DNA of 63,075 nt, the filler included, from Diploschistes diacapsis (taxonomy: Eukaryota), in assembly GCA_023645945.1 (NCBI GenBank). It is 8 parts of 8 records of this genome, joined end to end, with 100 filler letters (N's around TTAATTAATTAA, not from the genome) between each part and the next. Parts side by side here need not be neighbours in the genome. Positions count along the whole stretch, not along the records: positions 1 to 18,950 come from JALAIB010000390.1; 7 more parts are not named here. One strand, written 5' to 3'. The notes beneath the pieces are model-generated. The model did not search any database and was not told the origin of the DNA. It worked only from the letters and a program-made list of their open reading frames with translations. Below are positions 1 through 11,793 of the stretch, in pieces. Position 1 is the stretch's first letter. Each line of letters begins with the position of its first letter. A program made the translations under genes and the position numbers.

Positions 1-337
1 GATCACGGTGAGCGCTTCTCCTTCTTCCCCTCTTCCTTCTCCTTCGCCTCCTCCTTCCCCTTCTTGTTATCCTCCTTCTTCTTCTTCTTCTTTCCCTCCT
101 TTCCATGTGCTGTCCGGCAGAGTGGTCACACAAACTTGGCATGGTTCTGGGGGTTTGGATTTCCAGCCAGGGTTTTATTGGGCGATTGGGGACGGGCCAG
201 ATTCAGGATTGATGTCAGGTGTTTTGCAGATTCCCTAGTAACAGAAGTGTGACTACTTTGCCATTTGCCAAGGGCCAGTGTACCCAGGATTTGGCCACAG
301 CAAGCAAGTGTCCTAAGCATAGCTGGACCCCAAAAAC

Positions 338-394
338 ATGGATGAATGATGGACAGATGGATGGATGGATGAATGAATGAATGAATGGTGGATG
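338..394. repeat. Imperfect (GGAT/GAAT)n tetranucleotide microsatellite
   Basis: Run of atgg/atga units, e.g. gatggatggatggatgaatgaatgaatgaatgg, downstream of the GH92 stop codon. Confidence 0.8.
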
Positions 395-656
395 AAAAGG
401 GGAGGAGGGGATGGGACAACATCGTCAGGCTCTGAACTTTCAAAGTCGGTACAAGAAGAAGTACCAGATCGAGCAGCTCCAGCGTGGTGGAAAAGCGGAT
501 ACTGCGGAACTTTTGGGTTGTCGGCGACGGGCACGGCATGCGGAAACGCAGATCAAACCGTCTCGTTCTCATTCGCCTGCTCTACTATCTATCTCCATCC
601 GTCCATTCATTCTCTGCATCCCTCCCCTCCCACCTTCTCTCCCCAACAAGAAACCT

Positions 657-3323
657 CTAGACCCCCAGCCCCATCGCCATCCCCATCTCCGCCTCCCTCG
701 CATATCTCATCCCCGGCCCCGCCCTCCTCGCAAAACTTCCACCGGCACCCGCCGTCGCATTCGTCCCGTTCGTCCCGACCCCCGTCCCATTGAACCCTGT
801 GTACTCGCCCAAGCTTGGCGGCAGATCCGCCACCCTCGTCCCCCACTGACTCTCGCTGCTGCCCAGGTGCAGCACCAGCTCCTTGCCCTGCGTGAAGAAA
901 GAATGGTCGATCCAGTTCTTCGTATACGGCTTCCCGTCCAGCGTCGCGTTCTGGATGAACACGTTCTTGTAGCTCGGGTCGAAGCCGACGTTCCTGATCG
1001 TCGCCGTCTTCCCCGTCGCGGGACTCTTGACGGACACGCTCTCGAAGTACGGCGGCGTGATCAGGTAGACGCTCTGGCCCGGATTCGGGAAGAGGCCCAT
1101 CATGCTGAAGGCGATGAAGGAGCCCATGGCGCCGGAGTCGTCGTTGCCCGGGAGCCCGTCCTCGGTGGGCTGGAATTGGGAGGGGATGTAGAAGTGCGAG
1201 CGCAGGGCGGAGAGGGCGGGGCGGCCGGCGTAGTGGTATTGGTACACCGTCAAAAAGGCGGGCTCGTTGCCGATGTAGGTGATGCCGTTGTCGTGCAGAT
1301 AGTTGAGGCGCGAGACGAAGGCGGAGGGGCCGCCGAGGGTGGTGATCAGCGTGGCTTGGTCGTGGGGGATGAAGCTGGGGCTGTCAGCGCGTGCTGGAGA
1401 GCGGGAAGGTGGGGGGAGAGAAAGAGAGGAGAGGAGGCATTTACAAGGAATACTCCCAGATACTGCTCTCGAAAGTCTCGGGGCCGGTGTTCTGCAGAGA
1501 GCAGACGTCGTTTGGGTTGTTGTCGACGTTGCTGCATTTGAGCGGGTTCTGGTAGCCCCATGTTTCGTTGAGATACTTCGGCTGGAAGAATCCGACAAAG
1601 CCCGTGTTGGAACCATTGTAGAGGGCAGAGGTCTGGTCCTTCTTGAAGAGGTTTTGCCAGTTCTCGCTCCGCGTCTGGTATTTCTGCTGGTCGGCCGTGT
1701 TGCCAAGTCCCTTTGCAATCTCGGAAATAACAAAGTCGTTGTAGCTGTACTCGAGCGTCCTCGAGATACTGCGGGTCATGGTGCCGAAACCCTTGTAGTC
1801 AAAATCCTCGACGGGGATGTAACCGAGGTTGTGCCAGCTGTCGAGTCCCCCGCGACCCTCGTTGCTCCAGTCGTACGGCTCGTCCTCTGCATCTTTAACG
1901 ACCGCAGCATATCCGGCGTTCCAATCGATTCCGTCAGAGAGACCCTTGAGATAGGCGTCGCCGAGAACGTTGTCGGCGTTTGACCCACCCTGAGTGAAGC
2001 CCTTGCACAAGCTCATCCTGCAGTCGGGCAACCAGCCAAGGTGTTGTTGGGTACTGATCAAAGAGCGGATCATCTGCGTTACGCTAGCTGGATCCAAGAC
2101 AGTGAGGAATGGAATCTGGGATCTGAAGGAATCCCACAAGCAGTAGAAAGAGTCAAAGTAAGGCTGGCCATCGTTCCAGATCGGGTTCTCCCCGGTGTAG
2201 TTCTGTGGGTTGATCATCGTACGGTATATGCCGCTGTAAAAGTTGAATAGATAGGAGCTGTCGACTCCGCTGCGTGAGACAGTAATCGGGCTGAGCTTGG
2301 TCCTCCACGCACTGACTGCTGCATTTTGAACCGAAGTGAAGTCGTAGCTTGGAATTTCGTTCTCCGCGTTGCTGCAAGCTTGTTGGGTATTGATGAAACT
2401 TACACCCACCCTCGCCATGACCGAGGTAGTGCCTGGCGCAAATCGAACAAATGCTCCACCGGGCAACGGGTAGCCGTTGATGCTGCGAGAGATCTTCAGG
2501 TCCTTGACGCTCGTGTTTGCTCGACTGTTGACGAAAATGCCGTTGTCTCTGATCGTGGCACCATTGAAGTCGGTGCAGAAGTAGAGGGTATAGTTCCCGC
2601 TGCCGAAGCTGGGCAGGAAGACGGCACTTCCGTTGATTCTGCCCGTAGCAGGGTCGACCGATACTGATCCGTTGTCTTGACGCGAGTCCGAGAGATCTGT
2701 CAGGTCCTGAAGGATCAGCGGGCTTCCCGAGCTCGAGGGGAAGGTGAAGCGGAACAGCGTAGTATGCCGTGCAGCAGTCATCTCCACAGCGACACTAGTG
2801 TTCAACGTCACCGCAAAGTATCCTGGGCTTGCTTTGACGGAGTCGTTGAGGTATGGGCTTGCCCGAGAAACCTTAGGATAGACGCAACCGTCGACGTTGT
2901 CCCCAGCACAGCTGGCATAGGGGAACAGGGCGAAATTTCCAAGGGAAGGGCTGCCACCGGTTCCTGAGTCGTGCATGTGGGAGAAGCCTGTGATGTCGCT
3001 ACCGTCTGGTGCGAAACCACCCTGATTTTCGCCTCCGTTGACATCGGCAACAGCTTTTGCCATCCCTGACGCAGTTCAGCACGGCCGCTAGCGCAGGGCT
3101 ATTTTCTTACCATAGGGAAGCGTAGCACCGGCGAAGGTGTTGCCTAAGAACCTTAGTAACGTTCATGTCCGTAAAGATAATCCTGACCTCCATTCGAGCT
3201 GCCGATCAACTGATTGACATATTGCAAAGGATCGTAGCTGGAACTAGTAGCATTTTGCGCAAGGGCGACGTTCAGAGCCAAGGCAGTGCAGAGGAGCACA
3301 CGGCAGCAATTGGGCGCCATCAT
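657..3323 (-). CDS. Secreted glycoside hydrolase family 92 (alpha-1,2-mannosidase-like), 4 exons
   Basis: Signal peptide MMAPNCCRVLLCTALALNVALA, then YVNQLIGS..GGNTFAGATLPYGMAKAVAD, GFSHMHDSGTGG, TQGGSNAD, SRTLEYSYNDF, GNEP and LPGNDDSGAMGS motifs typical of GH92. GT-AG introns at ~3187-3144, ~3110-3066 and 1444-1375. Confidence 0.93.
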
Positions 3324-4771
3324 GCTTGAGCACGCTCCAAGTACAACGACAAAAAAACAGTCCGACGCGCAAAAAGCAGAGATGGTGAGGGGAAAGGAGA
3401 GTAAATATGCTCTCAGAGCTATAGCTCTCACCATGCTAGCTCGAACGGTCCATGTCCCGTGGCTGGTGTGGAAGGGCCGTTCTAGCTACAGAGCTTGCAG
3501 CTTGCAGCTTCGAGGTCTCTGCTCACATACCTGAGCTTCGACGTGGACGAGGTATCGAGTCATTCCAGCCAGAGACTCACATGTTCAAAAGTTTCAACCC
3601 ATGAGTTCTCGACTATAGAACCTGCATGACTTGTGCTGCGATAACGGTTTCCCCAACGTCGACATCGCTGCACGACAAGTATACAAAGGCGTTGCGACAT
3701 GCCAATCTCGGTCTCGAGGCTGGTCACAAGAAGATCCGGCATGACGAGCAGGGGGAGTGGTTGAGGTGGGGTGCATGCATTAGAGCTGCCTCTATACTGC
3801 TAGGGAGCAGGTAGTTAGCTGGAGGAGCACAGATCGGAGGATAAGTCTGGCAAACGATAACAAGTGGTTGTTATCGATGGGACCTACCTGGTTGTTTTGC
3901 GCATCTTGGGACTACCTGCAAGCCTAACCCTGTTCCTGTCGTGGATGCCAATTTATCCATCTCTGCATGCTTAGGTTTTAGTACACAAGTCCGACAAGTA
4001 ATAAGTAATACTACTCTGTATAGCGTGACCGGTTTCGCGGCTGATCGTCAGAGCTGCGGGGAAGGCGTTGGATAGCTCGATTGTTGTTCGATTGAAGATG
4101 AAGCTGGACCTATCGCCACCACAAAACAAAGGGAAGACATCTTGTTGTGCATGTCATACCATACAACAGTGGCAGGAATGAGACAAGCATTTGTGCACAA
4201 TTGGCTTGTGTGAGATGTGCGAGACAATGGGTTGGCAGGAACAGCATCGGCCATAAACCTGCACCTGATCAAGACTGTTCAGTCAAGCACTCTCTTCTCA
4301 TTTTGGCTGAAATCCCCTGGTTATAACGTTGCCCCCGAACATGATTGATACGTTTCCATCGTCGGGAAATGATATCGTTCGAGAGCAGCTTTTACAAGCA
4401 CTTGGACATTCAAGCGCTGCTCCACATACTCAAATTCACGTTCGAAACGCTTCCTCAAGAGCGACGTCTAATGTTGCTTTAAAGCAGTTTCTGAAGCAGA
4501 ATATCTCATAGGTGATGGGTGCGTCTCTTATGGACTGCTTGCTCCCCGGTCTCAATTCGCTAACCGGATAACGAAGGCCGATACCTAAGCAACGATAAGA
4601 AATATGAACGGCTTTGAAAAGAAGTTGGACTGCCCCGATCCTTGTAAAAAAGGAGCGTCCGACGTCCCAAACCTCTGGTTTCTGCGATTTCGTATAGCGT
4701 AGCATATAGGTCATCAGGTATGATACACTGGAATGTGGAAGAGGAACCGAAAGAAACGAGGGAAGCGACAC

Positions 4772-5015
4772 CCTAAGATACTCCTTTGGCCCCCTTTGGC
4801 GCGTGTTGGACGCTTACCTATATGGTATCTTGAATGGTTTTGGGATAGAGCCCTGAGGTACGCTTCAGGTTCTTAGTGCAGGTCATCAGAACTTTTAGAA
4901 GTATTTATTGATTCGTAGAACAACCAAAGCTCAAACCAACTCCAATCAACCTAGTAATGCTATACAGACAAGCGCTAAAAACAAGCGCTAAAGCGCTCCA
5001 AAATGGTATCTTAGG
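4772..5015. mobile_element. Putative degenerate MITE with ~50-bp imperfect terminal inverted repeats
   Basis: Left end cctaagatactcctttgg... matches the reverse complement of the right end (cctaagataccattttgg...), with similarity continuing ~50 bp. No coding capacity. Confidence 0.45.
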
Positions 5016-5096
5016 AGTTCGTGTCTCGTGCCATCGTATAATACTCGATAAACTATGCTATGCCATGCAAAAACTCCAAACCAGAACGCTTAACGC

Positions 5097-6338
5097 TTAC
5101 ACCACCAATCCAGCTTCTTTCTGAAGCCGCGCGTGCATCTTTTTGTTGATAGGGTACCAGCCTTGCTCGATCGATCGGTGGATGGTGACGGGAGAGCGAG
5201 AAAAGGGCAGTAACCAATTCCAAAGAGACGATCCCATCACTTCTGAAACGTTTTCCTTCCTCCCAATGTCAAAAGGGTTCTCTCCCTTTCGAGTGTAAAG
5301 TATCGCATATGACTGTGGCGGATTCGATGGCCAGGTAATCGCTCTAACACCCGGGGCAAGACTTTCGAGTGGAAAGCCCTCGGGTACACGCAACGCAAGT
5401 GTCCACACTTTGGCCTTGCTGTCGATATCCTCCACAGTCGTCAAGTTCCGAGCTAGCAAAGGGATGCTGGTGCCAAACATGCCGAAACAAAAGACTCCGA
5501 ATAGACCAGCCAGAGGCAGCACAGTGATAATGTTCCTGTTGACCGGTATCTCATGTCGATTCATATCGGCGAAGAATACCGAGGTGATGATGAGCAAGTA
5601 GAGACAGTAAACTCCTGCCCATCCCGTAAACTGAATGAAGAACTTGAAGCCCGCCTCCGATACCATGCCACCGACCCATGGGCAGTAGTGGTCCATGCGA
5701 CGTACGCAACGATTCATTTCGCTGCAGTGATGGGCTCTGTCCTCTTTCCAGTTGAAACAATGTTCACACCACGGGGGATATCCATTCTCTTGGCAGAGGT
5801 AATAGTCACGCTGGGTCATGGCGCGGAGCTGCGAGGCGGCGATGTCTCTGTGCCTGCTAATATAGCCGAAAGAGCCCCGAATACGGGATTGAGCGATGGA
5901 GGCTGTGAGGCATGGGGGGTAGGGTGTTGTGAGTGAGGAAGTGTTGTTTTGAAGGTTCTCTGGCCCGTTGGGATGCTGAAAGGCGGCGCGTTTCTCTGGA
6001 TCCGCATATCTTTTCTTCTTCATTTGAGTAAATCTGGAGCCAAGCGGCATGTATCCCGGTTCCATTCCAAGCGTCACAGCGAGGCGCAAGTAGCATGCCA
6101 TCATCATAGTCATGAATGCAAAGTAGAGTGCCAGTATGACGGCAGCGGTAGCAGTGTTCCGAGGAAGTGTGCCCATGGGGAAGAGGAGGTAGTTGATCGC
6201 CAGATGGGCAATAACGACATAGGTGGCATACGCAATGGATCCCATCCAGCATAGGATGGTAAACAGCGAAACTGCCTTATGAATTTTTGGATTTTGTTTT
6301 CGGTTTTCCGGCGCGTCATGTCTCTTTTTCGGAGCCAT
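5097..6338 (-). CDS. PFA5: DHHC-family palmitoyltransferase, Pfa5-like (DHYC variant)
   Basis: Intronless 413-aa ORF with four TM segments, Cys-rich domain CEHC..KEDRAHHCSEMNRCVRRMDHYCPWVGG, NLTTVE and NPFDIG motifs. DHYC is the variant seen in yeast Pfa5. Confidence 0.85.
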   Translation of the reverse strand: MAPKKRHDAPENRKQNPKIHKAVSLFTILCWMGSIAYATYVVIAHLAINYLLFPMGTLPRNTATAAVILALYFAFMTMMMACYLRLAVTLGMEPGYMPLGSRFTQMKKKRYADPEKRAAFQHPNGPENLQNNTSSLTTPYPPCLTASIAQSRIRGSFGYISRHRDIAASQLRAMTQRDYYLCQENGYPPWCEHCFNWKEDRAHHCSEMNRCVRRMDHYCPWVGGMVSEAGFKFFIQFTGWAGVYCLYLLIITSVFFADMNRHEIPVNRNIITVLPLAGLFGVFCFGMFGTSIPLLARNLTTVEDIDSKAKVWTLALRVPEGFPLESLAPGVRAITWPSNPPQSYAILYTRKGENPFDIGRKENVSEVMGSSLWNWLLPFSRSPVTIHRSIEQGWYPINKKMHARLQKEAGLVV

Positions 6339-6798
6339 TATGCTTCACGATCGGTGTTTGTATTGATCATACAAAGCTCGGAGAGATATGGATCAAAGAA
6401 GAGCGATGTATGTGGATGTGAAAAAGAAGAGACGTGTATGTGTGAGTCGTGTATGTTGAAGTGCACTCGACGCATCAGAAGGTGAATTAATTAGTCCACT
6501 AGCTAGGCATGCTAAAATCCGAAATTAAGCCCGAGGGTGCACTACACCCACTTTCTGCTTAACGTTACACATAACAAACCTTAGATAATTTACTCTTAGC
6601 TATCTCGGGACCTTTCGGTTGGTTTCATTCTATAATTAATCTAAAGTACACTTGCAGCTCTTGGGTGGGCATAAAGTGGTGAAGAAGGTATCGGATATGT
6701 AAATTTTTGTTAACTAGTACTGGTGGGCATAATCTCATTGCTAAGGACATACATCTTTCACGCCAATACAATGCACACGCTCTCTTACCCGTATGTGT

Positions 6799-7757
6799 CT
6801 ATTTCTCTGCCAAAACCCCTTCCAGTCTTTCCCGCTCTTTCTCCGCTAGACCCCGCAATTCATCCCTTGTGGTATCGAAGCGCGCATTGACCTGGTTAAA
6901 CGGATTCTCTTCGCTCTTCTCGAACTCTTTTCTGCACATTTCTATCCTTTGGTTCCTCCTCAACCCGGGACTCTCCTTTTCTATCTCCGCTAGCCGCCGC
7001 GCTTCGAAAGCAGCATATGCGGCCTTATGTCTTCGTTCGGGATGCCTGTCGATCTTGCCTGCGTCGGCGGTCGCGGTGGACGATGCGAGTGACAGGACAT
7101 CGAGGGCGGAGTCTATGCCTGTAGCATTGAGAGCGGGATGTTGAGGGCCTTTTGATGTGGATAATGTACCGTCAAGTTGGGAGAGGTTGAGTGTTCCTCG
7201 TGAAGGCGCGGTGGTTTTCTTGGTAGCGGATTTGCTGTTCTTGGGTGTTGAGCGAGCCCCAGCTTCTTCCTCGGCGAGTTGAGCTTCGCGCTCGGCCTTT
7301 TTGCGGGCCGCATCTTCCTTTTTGGCGGCGACATCTTCCCTATCAGGAGAGTCAGAGCAAACCCTGGGTGGAATGGCCATGAAGTTGTGCGAAAAGGAAG
7401 GGAGGCTATGCGCGATTGCAGAGGAGACATGTGCGGGGAGGGCTTTTGCAGTAGATGGAGGCATGAATTTAGAGGCATACTTCTTTGCATTGGTCTTTGC
7501 TCCTTTCGACCATTTTTGATCCTCCTCAGCTGCTATTCGCGCGTCCAGGGCATCTTGCTTTTTGGCGGCAGCTTCGGCTTTCTGTACGGAAAGAGCCAAC
7601 AAGTCAGCACATCCGCATAGGGTAGTATCGTTGATACTGTTTCGCAAACCAGGTGCAACGGAAAATAGAAGCACAGCATGGCGCAGACTTGTATACCTAC
7701 CTTTGCGTTGCCCCCCACCTTCTTGGTGTTTTCACCTTTGGCGAAGCTTTTGCCCAT
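6799..7757 (-). CDS. LSO2: CCDC124/Lso2/Oxs1 family coiled-coil ribosome-binding protein
   Basis: MGKSFAKGENTKKVGGNAK/KAEAAAKK..EEDQKWSKGAK../..IDRHPERRHKAAYAAFEARRL..PGLR..SEENPFNQ. Introns 7700-7582 and 7480-7340 restore the frame. Confidence 0.85.
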
Positions 7758-8359
7758 ATTGAAGTATGCGATCCGCAACTTTGCGTTCGGTCGATTACCT
7801 CTCAAGCAAGCATCACAATATTTAAAGTCTGACAGAGTGGGTTGAGCGTCTATATTCACAGTGCGTATCTATCGGGTGACTGTTGACTTGAACTCAAGGT
7901 GGCGGTAATCTGAATCAACTGCCTACGACCTATGGGGGTAATTTGCCTGTGCGTTTGGATGACTAATTAGGTTTCTCGACATATTATGAAGTGGAAGATC
8001 TGGCACTGAAGATCGCATTGCTTTCACTTATCTTTGGTTATCCTCTTCACGCCTCCTAAACAACAAATATCATGGAGACCTGAATCGATCACACGGTACA
8101 GGAGCGTTCATTTGCCTCATTTGCGTTATGTACACCAAATGAACAAAGCAAGACCTTCCCAACACCGTGTATCGCTATGCGTATTTCCGATCCAATACGC
8201 ACAACCCAAATCATACATCATATCAACATTGAAATCATGAACCGCTGGAGTGCTTGTGATCCTTTTAAGACTTAGGTCACGTACTTGCTGAAGTCTTCAG
8301 GTCAAGAGTATTAGAAGTAGAGAAGGAAGTGCTTCATCATCCCTGCAGACCTAAGTGGC

Positions 8360-10976
8360 TTAGCTTACCACGCTCTTAGAGCTCAACGACTCCAAGAAAA
8401 TGCCCAAGTCGTCCTTTTTGACTTCAACGACATAATGGTCGAAGCTTTCCATACGAACCCGTGCGTTTGTTTCATCGACAACTTCCTGGAATGAATTCCC
8501 GAATCGATTCCGTTCGGGATCCAGAACGCCATCCTCAGCATCCTCGTCATCTTCATCGCTACCTTCTTCTTCCGTTTCATCCTCCTCGTCATCATCTTCC
8601 TCCTGGCCAGAAGAAGACCTTTTGGCCGCTTTCGCCGCCTTTCTCTCCTCCCGCTTTCTTTGCTTTTCCTGTTTCTTCTCTTCATTCTTCTTGCTTCGTT
8701 CCCTTTTGCGATCCTCTGTCTCCTTTTCCTTCATGCCAAAACCTGATCCTCTACCTCCTGTGCCTACTACAACGTAAACGCCTCTGACTTCATTGAGCGC
8801 CGCAAGAACCAAAGGAGTCGGCTTCTTCCCATCGTCTCTTTCCTGCTCCATGATAGCTTCGCCTACCCATAAGGCTAACTTTGTCAGGGCGCCAGGATGG
8901 GTAAACATCTGTACGTCTGGCCCATCACGTATAACGGCAATGCGAAACGCCCGCAGGTGTCGAATCTGTTTCTTGGCCAGAATTGCCGACCCCGTCCGCA
9001 AGATCGCGCGATGCAAATGCATTGTTCGAGGAAGAGCTGCGGTTAACACGGTAACACTGGACGATATCAGTAAAGTTATGTTGAGGAACAGAAGTCTTCA
9101 ACCTACTCATCCAGCGCATCATATGCGTCATAAAAGCGTCTCACATACTCCTCACCTTCCTTTTTCCCCGTACCGTCTGCAACATCTTGGGCCTGACTTA
9201 TTTCGTTGTCATCGTTTGCAGCCTTGACGTCGTGCTTTCCGACTTCGAGTATAGCACCGATGATGACACCAACATCCATTGCACTCAGGCATGCTTTCCA
9301 GCCCCAGCTTCGAACAAAACCCCAGCCATCTCGAACCCTCCCATTCACTGGCTCAGGGGGCACAAGGCCATCGAGACGATATAGAGGTGCGTTTTTGAGA
9401 AGTTTTTGCCGCAATATCCGCTTCAGGCTCATATCCATGTGTGTATAGTTCTGCTTGACTTCATCGAGCTTCATACCCATCTTTGCTAGTAGCTTGTCTA
9501 GACGCCGGCGACCAATGTCTGTCCACAAATGCAATCGAGAAGCGAGATATGGAGAATGCAGCATGCTATCGTATAGCGACCAGTGTCGAATCAAGAGGAA
9601 CCTGGGTTCGGGAGATAGCCGAATAGAATAATCTGTCGGAGAATTCGCGGTTGTAGGGATTACTCCAGTGACTCCGCCGCGAGCAGATTCACTTCGTAAA
9701 TCCTTCGGATCTGGTGGATTGAGACGTCTTACCTCGTCTCTGAGTACCTGGCGGATCCGTTCTCCACGGTCTTCTCGCCAGCCAGTATATGGGTTCATTT
9801 CGGAAGGCGGTGGATTAGATCCACTGACTATCCGGCCATACAGTTCCATTGAGGATACTCCAACAATGGCATCCCATAACGCGTCATTATCCTCCCGACC
9901 CAGCACAGATGCTAGAGAATACAGCAAAGAAGATATCGGTTCTGAGTAGGAGATACCCAACGAGTAGTAAGCCTGTAACGTCATTTCATGCTTTCTTCTC
10001 AGCCGTAGTAGGCGACGACGATTTCTGCGAGCAGATACTGGCTTTACCTGGTGGGAGGGAGGTGGAGTGGCAGGCGACGGCGACCTCTGTGGATGTGAAT
10101 TAGGAACAACCGAGCTAGTCGATATCAGTCCTCTTCTGGCAGGCCTCACGTGCGACGAAGATGATGAATCCTGCTATAACAGAGGTTAGATGTTGAAACA
10201 CACTTAGCCGATGGACATACCGAGCTGCTCCTCTTCCGCCGCCGTGGTCTTTCCACCTCGTCATTCTCATCATCTTCCGCGTCCGAAAGTCGTTTGCGCT
10301 TTCGGCTCCCACTCTCTGATGCCTCACTTTCAGTCTCCGACTCCGAATAGTCTGATTCTCGCCCGTCGTCCTCGAGCTCGGGCATCTGCTCCAGCTTGAA
10401 GTATGCCTCTCGCTCGGCCTCCAGCTCTTCGCTAATATCGCCGTCATCAAAGACTATTATTCCGCCCCTTCCGGGCCTATAGTGCGACTTGATTTCGCCA
10501 TACTCCACGCCTGAGCTTCGTGCTCGAGCATTGCCGTCCATCTCGCCAAGCGCAGTTTCAGGGGGATTGCCGCCGAATACGTTTCCTAGATTCCACGGTC
10601 GTCTCGCATCGAGTACCCAGAATTCAACACCGCCTGTGGCATCCGGCGCATCCTCCGTAATCCCAAGCTCGAAAGCCTCTCCAAGATCTACTAAACCCCC
10701 TACGCCCAGACATATCACTGTACCTCCGCTACCGCCATTCTGCATCCGCAACGGCTGAATATGTCTCTCCGCTGCCAGTGCCAAATCGCCATATCCAGCG
10801 ACGGGAGTAATGTTGTAGAGTATAGAGTCGCGCTTGAAGAGCTTGACGAGTATTCGGCATGCGCAAAGCGCATCGGGCTCGAGAGCAACTAGCAGAAGGA
10901 CCGGCGTAGAGTAGGAGTGTCGCGACCGCTGTAGATTACTATAGAGAAGCGAGATCAAATTGCGTGGAAGATACAT
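8360..10976 (-). CDS. CDC45: DNA replication initiation factor Cdc45
   Basis: LVALEPDALCACRIL, LDARRPWNLGNVF, IIVFDDGDI, RFLLIRHWSLYDSM, RNRFGNSF motifs. Three exons, with introns near 10220-10171 and 9107-9057. Confidence 0.95.
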
Positions 10977-11793
10977 GGTGCAGCAGCAGAACGATGGCTA
11001 CAGTCCGAACAGCGCAGGCTTCGTGTCGCAGAGCGAGATAGTACAGGGAATTGCTCTAGCGAAATCATAATCCAGAGAGCTTGCCAATAGTCCGAAGGCA
11101 GAGTAAGGATGCTTGCAATGTCGAACAGCATACGATACTAGCAGGGAAAGAAGACCACAAAGAAACCGCTTGATGCTTTGCATTTTGGTGGTGTAGAAAT
11201 ACATGGTCATGGCAGGGTGCCGTGCCTTAGTCGCGTCGCGCAACGAGGCGAACGCGTCAAGGCAAGATTTGTGGCTTGATCACGTTTTTATATGGCTCCC
11301 AGACTGTGGCTGTGGTGGCTGTGACGGCGGTTGAATAATTGAACTTTATCCTCAAACCGCCGTTGTCTGCCATAAGGCATTTAAAGGCAAACTGGTTGAT
11401 CTACAGTAAAGACATTATTCGACCAGAACCGGAATCTCATAGCCTTGCCGGGAAAAATGCTACAGTTTTCTTTATAATGGCTTGAATGGGCAAAGGTAGC
11501 TGTCACTTAGTACGTGTCTGCATCATACTGGCACGGATATATCAGCAGAGTAGGAGCATTAACTTACCTTCCAGCTGTTTGCAAACCAAAGATCATTCTG
11601 CTCGATAGCAGGATGTTTTACTTGAACTTCCTCTAGAGGTAGGAACAAATTCATCTCCCCATGGGCTGTTCTTTCCTGACATTACTTAGAGGTACGATAC
11701 AGTCGACTCAGGAGCATTCAACTTTGGATTCGACATAGATCATAAGTCATAAGTGAACGAGAAGCCGCCTCAACCCAGCCAGGTGGAACTTTG

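Noticed and set aside
411..1983. Long plus-strand ORFs (376 aa and 226 aa)
   Set aside because: Antisense shadows of the GC-rich GH92 gene; the same applies to 25214-25954, 27646-28176, 29128-29748 and 32127-32861
5660..5720. DHYC instead of DHHC as an inactivating change
   Set aside because: DHYC is a known natural variant in Pfa5/Akr1-type palmitoyltransferases
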